In this document: in pieces, positions 1 through 6,989 of the stretch
Layout: each line of letters opens with the position of its first letter
How positions within the stretch are numbered: position 1 is the stretch's first letter
DNA from: a virus
Lineage: Duplodnaviria; Heunggongvirae; Uroviricota; Caudoviricetes
DNA length: 14,499 bases
Reading direction: 5' to 3' (one strand)
IMG/VR virus record: IMGVR_UViG_2617270990_000006
Notes under the pieces: generated by a model
The model's input: the letters and a program-made list of their open reading frames with translations, nothing else
The model's database searches: none
Told to the model about the DNA's origin: nothing
Position numbers and translations under genes: made by a program

Positions 1-343
1 ATATTTGCTAATCTACTCGCCGCATTTTTAATTGACGACATAATCCAGCCATCGCTGGATTTCCCCCCCAGAAGTGCCGGATCCGAAAAGAAGAACTAAC
101 TCGTTGTGGAGAATAACAAAAATGGTCATCTGGAGCTTACAGGTGGCCATTCGTGGGACAGTATCCCTGACAGCCTACAAAACGCAATTGAAGAACGCGA
201 GGCATCGTCTTAACGAGGCACCGAGGCGTCGCATTCTTCAGATGGTTCAACCCTTAAGTTAGCGCTTATGGGACCCGCCCCCGCACCAACAACCCTGTTA
301 TCGTGTCGTCTGCTCTTCCTGATAAGCTAATGGCGGTTTGTGA

Positions 344-419
344 TGGTGGCCCTTGCTGGATTTGAACCAGCGACCTGGCGATTATGAGTCGCTCGCTCTC
401 ACCACTGAGCTAAAGGGCC
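344..419 (-). tRNA. tRNA with anticodon CAU (Ile2/ileX-like, as in ileZ of lambdoid/Stx phages; Met not excluded)
   Basis: Reverse complement GGCCCTTTAGCTCAGTGGTGAGAGCGAGCGACTCATAATCGCCAGGTCGCTGGTTCAAATCCAGCAAGGGCCACCA folds as a 76-nt cloverleaf: 7-bp acceptor stem, GCTC/GAGC D-stem, loop CTCATAA, GCTGG/CCAGC T-stem with TTCAAAT loop, encoded CCA. Close to E. coli ileX as I recall it. Confidence 0.85.
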
Positions 420-468
420 GGAAGCAGAATAATAATGGTGCGTAATTAATTCTGCAATCTCATCCGTT

Positions 469-1518
469 TCAAACGATTAAATCCTGAACTTCCCTGACTG
501 TCTGCTCAAAACGTCCGGTCTCCAGTTCAACGCCAATCGCACGACGCCCCAGTGCCATCGCCGCTTTTACCGTTGAACCCGACCCCATGAAAAAATCTGC
601 AACCAGGTCACCCGGACGACTGCTTGCGCTGATTATCTGCTGCAGCATTTCTGCCGGTTTTTCGCACGGATGTTTCCCGGGATAGAACTGCACCGGTTTA
701 TGTGTCCACACATCCGTGTACGGCACCTGCGCCGTCACACCAAAATACCGCCGCAGATGCTTATATTCACTCTGCAGCTCCACATACTGCCGGTTCAGTG
801 ACGTATACGTATCCACCAGCTGGTGGTGGGGCTTTTCCAGTTCACCGCGCTGATGTTTCTCTTCTGCCACCCGGGCAAACAGCGACTGTAATTTCAGATA
901 ATCGCTTTCGTTCGGTAGCTGCCACTGACTGGCACTGAACCAGTGCGACACCATGTTTTTCTTTCCTGTGACATCTGCAATCTGTTTTGCCGTTATCCCC
1001 AGGGCCGCGCGCGCATCACGAAAGTAAGAAATCAGCGGGGCCATCACATGCTGTTTCAGTGCACTGCCCTTCGCCGCATACCCGGCATCTTTCGGACGAT
1101 ACGGCCCCTGATAATGTTCCGCGAACAGAATGCGCTCTGTGGCGGGGAAATACGCCCGCAGGCTTTCCTTGTTGCATCCGTTCCAGCGTCCGGACGGCTT
1201 CGCCCAGATAATATGGTTCAGCACACTGAAGCGTTCACGCATCATGATTTCGATATCAGATGCCAGGCGATGACCACAGAACAGGTAAAGACTTCCGGCA
1301 GGTTTCAGCACCCGCCAGAACTGCGCCAGACACTGGTCCAGCCACTTCAGGTAATCATCGTCGCCCTTCCACTGGTTATCCCAGCCTTCAGGCTTCACTT
1401 TAAAGTACGGCGGGTCCGTGACTATCAGGTCAACAGAATTTTCGGGTAACGACCGGATAAATTCCAGGCAGTCGGCGTTGATTAACTCACAACTGGATAT
1501 TTTTACAGTATTAAGCAT
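469..1518 (-). CDS. DNA amino-methyltransferase, beta-class (N6-adenine likely, N4-cytosine possible); apparently orphan
   Basis: 349 aa with ATG start. DPPY (motif IV) lies near the N-terminus and FFMGSGST (motif I, FxGxG) near the C-terminus, the beta-class order, with a ~100-aa insert between them. No nuclease partner nearby. Confidence 0.8.
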   Translation of the reverse strand: MLNTVKISSCELINADCLEFIRSLPENSVDLIVTDPPYFKVKPEGWDNQWKGDDDYLKWLDQCLAQFWRVLKPAGSLYLFCGHRLASDIEIMMRERFSVLNHIIWAKPSGRWNGCNKESLRAYFPATERILFAEHYQGPYRPKDAGYAAKGSALKQHVMAPLISYFRDARAALGITAKQIADVTGKKNMVSHWFSASQWQLPNESDYLKLQSLFARVAEEKHQRGELEKPHHQLVDTYTSLNRQYVELQSEYKHLRRYFGVTAQVPYTDVWTHKPVQFYPGKHPCEKPAEMLQQIISASSRPGDLVADFFMGSGSTVKAAMALGRRAIGVELETGRFEQTVREVQDLIV

Positions 1519-1653
1519 GGATCATTAAGCCTGTCTCTGATAGGCTCATTCTGCTTTTGCGCAAAGCAGTGGGCCTGAGGTTTGCTTGTGAACCCAACGC
1601 ATGAGCAGATGGCTGGTGGGTGCCCCTAACACCCACCAGCCGCCCATTTACCA

Positions 1654-1682
1654 CAAATAAAAAAGCCTTCACTGCGGAAGGC
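1654..1682 (-). terminator. Intrinsic terminator (minus strand) between small ORF and methyltransferase gene
   Basis: Hairpin GCCTTC-N6-GAAGGC (1665-1682) followed on the minus strand by TTTTTTATTTG. Confidence 0.5.
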
Positions 1683-1866
1683 GTCTGTAACAACCGAACT
1701 GATAGTCTGCCAGACCCGCCATAACCAGCTGGGTCAGTATTAACTGGCAGCGTTCGCGTGAAAGGTAAGTATTCTGCGCTATCTCCCCGACTGTCGCCGG
1801 TTCGGTAACGCTTAATTCATTAAACACCACTCTGGCGGTTTCTGTCATATCCTGCTGTTTTAGCAT
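1669..1866 (-). CDS. Small hypothetical protein (65 aa from ATG at 1866), possible HTH
   Basis: The ORF-track start at 1953 is GTG; the internal ATG at 1866 has an AAGGGA SD 8 nt upstream. Lies between two terminator-like hairpins; the stop is inside the hairpin stem. No family recognised. Confidence 0.3.
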   Translation of the reverse strand: MLKQQDMTETARVVFNELSVTEPATVGEIAQNTYLSRERCQLILTQLVMAGLADYQFGCYRRLPQ

Positions 1867-1985
1867 GTCTTTTTCCCTTTTCCGGTTAACGTGACACACC
1901 AATAACTCTTGTCGAAAAAGCCAGCAAGCTGAAAGACAGGTATTCACCGCCACCAGCGCGTTTACTGTACTGACGCGATTTCAGT

Positions 1986-2010
1986 CATAAAAAACCCGCC
2001 AGGCGGCGGG
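1986..2010 (-). terminator. Intrinsic terminator just downstream of Q (tR'-like)
   Basis: Hairpin CCCGCC-AGGC-GGCGGG (1995-2010) followed on the minus strand by TTTTTTAT. Confidence 0.5.
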
Positions 2011-2059
2011 GTGTAAAAAATCTTCTAACGTCAGGCATAAAACGCCCATCGTTAGGGCA

Positions 2060-2087
2060 AATTTACCACAGATTCGGGAAAAATCAA
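2060..2087 (-). promoter_or_regulatory. Candidate sigma70 late promoter (PR'-like) at the 3' end of Q
   Basis: On the minus strand: TTGATT (plus 2082-2087), 16-nt spacer, TAAATT (plus 2060-2065). About 50 nt upstream of the 1986-2010 terminator, resembling the lambda PR'-tR' unit on which Q acts. Confidence 0.35.
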
Positions 2088-2092
2088 CAACA

Positions 2093-2914
2093 CTATCGCG
2101 TTACCCTCTTTAACTGCCGCTCCGCCCATGCCTCTTCAATGTCAAACCGAACCACCAACGTATCGTAAAAGCGTTTCACTGATTTTTTCCACGTATCAAG
2201 CGTGATAGCACTCGTCACTTTGCATATGGCATTAAATGCCTCCGTTGATGGCAGCCTTTCACAGCCACGACCACCACAACGCTGGCAATCTCTGATAACA
2301 GGCATACCACGTTTTACCGACTCTTCACGATGAATGGCGACACCACGCCCACGGCAATCCTTACAGGCGGTGGAAACCTCACCCTTTCCGCCACACTCCG
2401 GACAGGCAACTTTTACCACCTCCCTGACTTTTTTCCATTCTTCCCAGTAAGACGGATACACGCCTTTTGTGCACTTTGCCCACACTGGTGGCTTACCATC
2501 CGGATACTGGATCTTGTTTGTAAAAACCTCGCTTTCAATAAATTTTTTTCCGTGACAGCAGGGGCACTGTTTTTTGCTCGCCGCGCTACGGGCATAATCT
2601 TCAAACGCATACGAAGCCATAATGCGCATCACTACCGGTTTTATTTCTGCCGGAAGTTTTCTCAACGCCGCCACACGATCGCACCGACTGAGTGCATAAT
2701 CTGCCAGTAATTCTGTTGCCCGCGCCCTGTCATTCATACTGATGCCCATTTTCCCCAGGAACGCAGAAAACCCCATCTCAGCCCGATTCTGTGTCATGCC
2801 CTGCGCGGCCATCACATCAGTGATACTCAGCGCATCTTTTGACGTTGAGGCCGATGCATCGGTCAGGCCAGGGGATTTTGGGGAGTAGTATTTCGGTAAA
2901 TCTTCCAGTTTCAT
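2093..2914 (-). CDS. Late-gene antitermination protein Q (Cys-rich zinc-finger type)
   Basis: 273 aa with several CxxC pairs (CPCC, CPEC, CKDC, CQRC). Sits directly after rusA with an ATGA stop/start overlap at 2911-2914 and directly before the candidate late promoter and terminator. Confidence 0.7.
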   Translation of the reverse strand: MKLEDLPKYYSPKSPGLTDASASTSKDALSITDVMAAQGMTQNRAEMGFSAFLGKMGISMNDRARATELLADYALSRCDRVAALRKLPAEIKPVVMRIMASYAFEDYARSAASKKQCPCCHGKKFIESEVFTNKIQYPDGKPPVWAKCTKGVYPSYWEEWKKVREVVKVACPECGGKGEVSTACKDCRGRGVAIHREESVKRGMPVIRDCQRCGGRGCERLPSTEAFNAICKVTSAITLDTWKKSVKRFYDTLVVRFDIEEAWAERQLKRVTR

Positions 2915-3285
2915 TTTTTGACCTGCTCTTCATGCATTATGGGGTAAATCTTCACCCCCATACGTCCACCAGATACTGGCTGACCACGAACGATATTGAT
3001 TTCATCAAACTGCTCATCGTCCATTAACACTCCCGCATGCGTCAGCGCATCCAGCGGTGCTTTCAGGATATTGTCCAGGTCGCGACGACGCTTATCCGGT
3101 GGCTCTGCAATCACCTTTATCGCCAGCCTTCCGGACAGGCTTAATTTCAGCCGCTGCTGGCGAACAATAAGCGCCACAGCCCGGCGATAACGCTTTCCCT
3201 CCTCCGAGATAAAATATGTGCTGCCACGGCGTCGCCAGTAAGTGTTCACCGTCGGCGGGTAAGGTAAAACCAAATCTATGAGCAT
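2911..3285 (-). CDS. rusA: RusA-family Holliday junction resolvase
   Basis: 124 aa. PDKRRRDLDNILKAPLDALTHAG matches the RusA catalytic region (E. coli RusA [23 protein letters not shown] as recalled). ATG with GAGGTG SD. Confidence 0.9.
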   Translation of the reverse strand: MLIDLVLPYPPTVNTYWRRRGSTYFISEEGKRYRRAVALIVRQQRLKLSLSGRLAIKVIAEPPDKRRRDLDNILKAPLDALTHAGVLMDDEQFDEINIVRGQPVSGGRMGVKIYPIMHEEQVKK

Positions 3286-3297
3286 CAGTCACCTCTT

Positions 3298-4344
3298 TTA
3301 CCCAAGCACGCCAGTTGCAAAGGCGTGATCAAGAAAACGAAAAATTAAATCAACCTGAGAACCATGCTTTTCTTCGAACGCCAGAGGATCCGCATGAAGC
3401 TCGTTGTGATGCTCCCGACACAGCGGTAGCGTGAAAATATCGTGAGATTTTGTCCCCATTCCGCCCTGACCATGACCAATCAGGTGATGGGGATCGTCGG
3501 CTGGCTTACCACAACACGCACACGGCTGTGTCTTCACCCAGCGTGTGTATTTCTCGTTAACCCAGCGGCGACGTTTAGGTCGTTTCATGAAAGATTCCGG
3601 AGACTCAGGATCAACGGCAATGCTGACCACCGTCTCTTCCTGTGGCGGGTTTTGCTGGTGGGCGTGAGGCAGCGGCGCAAGATTTTTTGTGCGCTGCTTC
3701 AGTATGCTGGTGGCGGTCTGCTCTCCCGGTACGATGTCGCTTTCACGGTACATTGAGCGGATTTTTTCCGCACGCAACCCCAGCGAACGACGTAATACCG
3801 CTTCCGGTAGCGCGTCCGCCACCTGATTGCGGACCGCCCACCAGGATAATTCAGCCAGCGATAATTCCCGTTCCTGCGAGCCATTCATTGCATGGCGTAT
3901 GACGTCAATCATCCATGCAGACAGGTTTTGGTGAGCAAGTTGCCCGAGTGATTCGGAGGTCTGGTCGCGCAGCTGGTTGTCGCAGTGCCAGCACAACACC
4001 ATTGCGCCGGTACCATAACGGTGAATGACGGTTTCACTGTGGTGATAATCGCCGTGTGGCCACTGGCAGGATTTAACATGGCGCAGTAACCAGTCAGACA
4101 ATGCGCCAGCGCCACCAGCAGCACGAATCACTCGTTCGTCGCTGAAAAATGGCAGTAATGATTTATCCTCCGCCAGCGGCTGGCGAACGACAGGAACGAC
4201 CCCGGACGGCAGATTACGCATGCTTTTCGGTTCCGGCTCCACCAGTACCCGGGTATTGTGGAATACCGGCATGGATTCACGGCCCGGCTTAACGATCACC
4301 AGCCCGAGTTCCGGTACCAGAACAGGTCGAAGTAATACCCGCAC
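3298..4344 (-). CDS. DUF968-family phage protein (YdfU-like) with C-terminal HNH/zinc-finger-like motif
   Basis: 348 aa. GTG start at 4344 with a strong GGAGG SD 4 nt upstream, 1 nt after the stop of the preceding ORF. C-terminus CACCGKPADDPHHLIGHGQGGMGTKSHDIFTLPLCREHHNELH. Confidence 0.7.
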   Translation of the reverse strand: MRVLLRPVLVPELGLVIVKPGRESMPVFHNTRVLVEPEPKSMRNLPSGVVPVVRQPLAEDKSLLPFFSDERVIRAAGGAGALSDWLLRHVKSCQWPHGDYHHSETVIHRYGTGAMVLCWHCDNQLRDQTSESLGQLAHQNLSAWMIDVIRHAMNGSQERELSLAELSWWAVRNQVADALPEAVLRRSLGLRAEKIRSMYRESDIVPGEQTATSILKQRTKNLAPLPHAHQQNPPQEETVVSIAVDPESPESFMKRPKRRRWVNEKYTRWVKTQPCACCGKPADDPHHLIGHGQGGMGTKSHDIFTLPLCREHHNELHADPLAFEEKHGSQVDLIFRFLDHAFATGVLG

Positions 4345-4345
4345 G

Positions 4346-4624
4346 TTACCTCCAGATGCGTTGCTGGAATGTGCGGGACGGACGCGGTGGGCGTTCGGAA
4401 TAAGGGAGTCTGACGTAGATTATCCAGTGACGATAATCGAGGGTGAGGGCTTTCCTAAACTCATATCCACGTCTGCGGTAGTTATGAATCAGCCATTCGG
4501 CCTGTTCTTCAGTGCATGGGGGATGCTGGAACCAGTCAGATTTGAAAGTGCGGGAACGCCGCCCGTGCCTGCTGGCAAAGACGGCAGAATCATCAGAATT
4601 GTGTAATTTGGTATCGTGCGCCAT
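4346..4624 (-). CDS. Hypothetical protein (92 aa from ATG at 4624)
   Basis: The track start at 4705 is TTG and would overlap the upstream terminator, so the first ATG (MAHDTKL...) is preferred; SD weak. Arg-rich, no family recognised. Confidence 0.35.
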   Translation of the reverse strand: MAHDTKLHNSDDSAVFASRHGRRSRTFKSDWFQHPPCTEEQAEWLIHNYRRRGYEFRKALTLDYRHWIIYVRLPYSERPPRPSRTFQQRIWR

Positions 4625-4693
4625 CGGTTGTCTCTGCTGGCGCAGCAGGTGCCAGTTGTTCAGGCTGGCGTGTGGATTGTAAACCAGAATGCC

Positions 4694-4722
4694 AGGAAAA
4701 AACAAAACCCGCGAAGCGGGTT
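4694..4722 (-). terminator. Intrinsic terminator closing the R-M island
   Basis: Hairpin AACCCGC-GAA-GCGGGTT (4706-4722) followed on the minus strand by TTTGTTTTTTCC; about 70 bp past the endonuclease stop. Confidence 0.6.
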
Positions 4723-4794
4723 AGTAAAAATGTACTGAAGTCAATGACGTGCCATCACAGTTAAAATATGACAGACTCTATTTACGTAGAGATG

Positions 4795-5673
4795 TCAGAC
4801 TGCAAGATCCAAGGGAAGATCAGAAATATCCTTTAATCTTTTACCATTAACCATCACGGAAAGCATGTCAGCTGCATCGCTGAGCCCCAGTATTTCAACT
4901 GCTGATATAAGTTCATAAAGCGCAAAATGATACACGCAATCTATATCACCAGTACCAAGAGCAATAGACGCCAGACGACTTGGAGTAGGCTCAGCAGTAA
5001 CAACCATTACATGAGGGAGATTTCCCTTACGGTTGCGAATAAGATTTAATGCCTCAGAACGAGCATTCTGGGCCCGGTCGCTTCTTATTGTCCATTTGCA
5101 GGAAATACTTGCGTGTAATATTGGTTTCCCACCATTCGAACTCCTGAGAGCTGACATGCGGGTAACAGAATCATCCACCAGTAATTCAGGACTGTTGATA
5201 ACTTGATCACATTCAGGTTCTCTTTCAACAATAATATCTGGTGAAATCGTATAATCACTCCCCAGTGCAGCAGCTAGCTGAGGATTACTTTTTGCAGCAC
5301 TATCCAATGCTATAAGATGGGCATATTGTTCATATTTAGCTATCTCTAATCTGTTTCTACCAGAAACCTGATGTACATTCCATTTTCCAGGGCGTAAGTG
5401 GCTGAGTTTAAAAAAGGTTTTTTCTATAAACTCTGCGCAGATACTCTCAAACTGATTACCAGATGTTTGCCCTGCAACACGTTCACCAATCGTTTCAGCC
5501 TGCAAGAAGCGAGCAATTTCTCTTGCTATAGCTTTACTGTTTTTGTTACTGCTATCTGCGTTACTAACAACTCCGGCAGTATTAATTGTGAGCGTATTCA
5601 GTAACAATTGGGCATGAAACTCCTTTCTGGCTTCAGCAAAACCAACTATGCTGTCAACCAAATCTCCATTCAT
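4795..5673 (-). CDS. Type II restriction endonuclease, NgoMIV/Cfr10I/Bse634I-like (CCGG-core site predicted)
   Basis: Preferred start is the ATG at 5673 (AAGGAAA SD 9 nt upstream, 14 nt after the methyltransferase stop); the track ORF runs to 5808 with a TTG. Motifs SPDIIV ... SCK ... E with Asp-to-Lys 47 aa and Lys-to-Glu 14 aa, the spacing I recall for NgoMIV (Asp140/Lys187/Glu201). Confidence 0.7.
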   Translation of the reverse strand: MNGDLVDSIVGFAEARKEFHAQLLLNTLTINTAGVVSNADSSNKNSKAIAREIARFLQAETIGERVAGQTSGNQFESICAEFIEKTFFKLSHLRPGKWNVHQVSGRNRLEIAKYEQYAHLIALDSAAKSNPQLAAALGSDYTISPDIIVEREPECDQVINSPELLVDDSVTRMSALRSSNGGKPILHASISCKWTIRSDRAQNARSEALNLIRNRKGNLPHVMVVTAEPTPSRLASIALGTGDIDCVYHFALYELISAVEILGLSDAADMLSVMVNGKRLKDISDLPLDLAV

Positions 5674-5686
5674 TTCTGGATTTCCT

Positions 5687-6811
5687 TCAGGCTGCTTGAC
5701 TATTCTTACTGATGTTATTCTTATACCGTCCCTGCAAAACTCCATACACATATTGTGCGATTTTTGCCGCAAATAGCGGTGGAACAGCATTCCCGATCTG
5801 CTTTGCAATCTCAGTTTTTGAACCGGTAAAAATGAAATTATCAGGAAAAGACATTAATCTCGCTGCCTCACGATGAGTTATTGGCCGATCCTCTTCCGGA
5901 TGTAAATATCGCCCTTTCTCCGGTTTGAAAAACTCAGTACGAATCGTTACTGAAGGTCTGTCCCACCACAGACGTCCAAACAAATCGGTCCCTCCAGATT
6001 TCTTTTTTAGCCAGCACGCCGGGGTTATATCAGGTCTTTTTTTCTGTAAATCGAAACGGTTACCTCCTGGTGGAACCGCTTTATATCGCTCCAAAGAAAC
6101 AGGTGTGGGATTACGCCCAAAATGTAAGTTCAGCGGAGGAAGTTCATTACGAATATCAGTTCCAACAGGAGCAGGTAAGTCACCAATTGCATCACGCGTA
6201 CAGACCCATTCAGGCAAAGCGACATCCTTATCAGGGGAACGATGCGTTGGTGCTGGCGGGAACGCCGGAATACTATGCACATCGAAGAGTTCTCGTTTGA
6301 TACCGATTGCTATCGTTCGTTTTCTTGTCTGAGGTACTCCATAGTCAGCAGTATTCAACACCATTGGATTAAGCAGAATAAAGCCCATGGATTTCGCTCT
6401 AAACGTAATGTCCGCAAACTCATCGCTTATCAGCAATCCGGGGACATTTTCCATGACGAACATACAAGCCCTTGAACGCTCAATGACATCCATATAAGGC
6501 TCCCACAATGCTCTTCGGTGATCACCATAACGATTCTTATTTAATAAACTGAATCCCTGACACGGGGGGCCACCTATGACCACATCAGCCTCAGGAACAG
6601 TATTGCTGGATGCCCACTCCTCAATATTTGCCTGAACTCCATGCAAACCAAAATTGGCATTGTAGGTATTTATAGCTGCAGCATTATTATCAATAGCAAG
6701 GATACTTTCAAAGTAGTCAGACATCTCTCCATGAAGAAAACCATAAGATAATCCACCTGCCCCACAAAAGAGGTCTATCACTCTGAATTTATTTAATTCT
6801 TTCATCCGCAT
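5687..6811 (-). CDS. DNA (cytosine-5)-methyltransferase, cognate of the adjacent endonuclease
   Basis: 374 aa with C5-MTase motifs in order: FCGAGG (I), GGPPCQGFS (IV), ENV (VI), QTRKR (VIII), GNAVPP (X). Confidence 0.9.
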   Translation of the reverse strand: MRMKELNKFRVIDLFCGAGGLSYGFLHGEMSDYFESILAIDNNAAAINTYNANFGLHGVQANIEEWASSNTVPEADVVIGGPPCQGFSLLNKNRYGDHRRALWEPYMDVIERSRACMFVMENVPGLLISDEFADITFRAKSMGFILLNPMVLNTADYGVPQTRKRTIAIGIKRELFDVHSIPAFPPAPTHRSPDKDVALPEWVCTRDAIGDLPAPVGTDIRNELPPLNLHFGRNPTPVSLERYKAVPPGGNRFDLQKKRPDITPACWLKKKSGGTDLFGRLWWDRPSVTIRTEFFKPEKGRYLHPEEDRPITHREAARLMSFPDNFIFTGSKTEIAKQIGNAVPPLFAAKIAQYVYGVLQGRYKNNISKNSQAA

Positions 6812-6989
6812 CCATATGCCTCAGATTAATGTTGAGCGTCTTACAGGACGCGTAATGTTAACTGGGGCTTTCTCTATCTGCCTTTTGGTGTTCATGCCTG
6901 AGGCAGACAGCCTCAGGCACCCGCAGCAATTCTACTTAACTCACGTCACCTCGCCAATATGAAATCAATCAGAAAGGTGATCCATAAAA

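Noticed and set aside
74-262. Plus-strand ORF of 62 aa near the tRNA
   Set aside because: No SD, no recognisable family, and it is antisense to the direction of every other gene in the late region; most likely a chance ORF in intergenic sequence.
344-419. The tRNA as a prophage attachment site
   Set aside because: It lies between Q/methyltransferase and the late region, not next to an integrase, and phage genes continue on both sides; it is phage cargo rather than a host att tRNA.
702-1449. Plus-strand ORFs (78, 168 and 74 aa) inside the methyltransferase gene
   Set aside because: They are shadow frames antisense to a gene with clear catalytic motifs; low-complexity, Arg/Pro-rich translations.
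1511-1693. Minus-strand ORF of 60 aa spanning the hairpin region
   Set aside because: It covers two strong hairpins and a T-tract, and overlaps the methyltransferase start; better explained as terminator and structured RNA.
2330-3190. Plus-strand ORFs (126, 62 and 64 aa) and a minus-strand ORF (65 aa) inside Q and rusA
   Set aside because: Alternative frames of well-supported genes with no SDs.
3442-4606. Plus-strand ORFs (104, 86 and 128 aa) and minus-strand ORFs (61 and 71 aa) inside the DUF968 gene and its neighbour
   Set aside because: Alternative frames of well-supported genes; no recognisable families.
4625-4705. Longer 119-aa version of the small ORF (track start at 4705)
   Set aside because: The start codon is TTG and the extension runs through the terminator hairpin; the ATG at 4624 is preferred.
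5674-5808. Longer endonuclease N-terminus (track start at 5808; internal ATGs at 5790, 5751, 5745)
   Set aside because: The 5808 start is TTG and none of the upstream ATGs has an SD; the ATG at 5673 has one and places the catalytic Asp near the position expected for the family. The upstream starts cannot be fully excluded.
5398-6475. Plus-strand ORFs (68, 135, 76 and 77 aa) inside the R-M genes
   Set aside because: Antisense to genes with strong motif support; no SDs.
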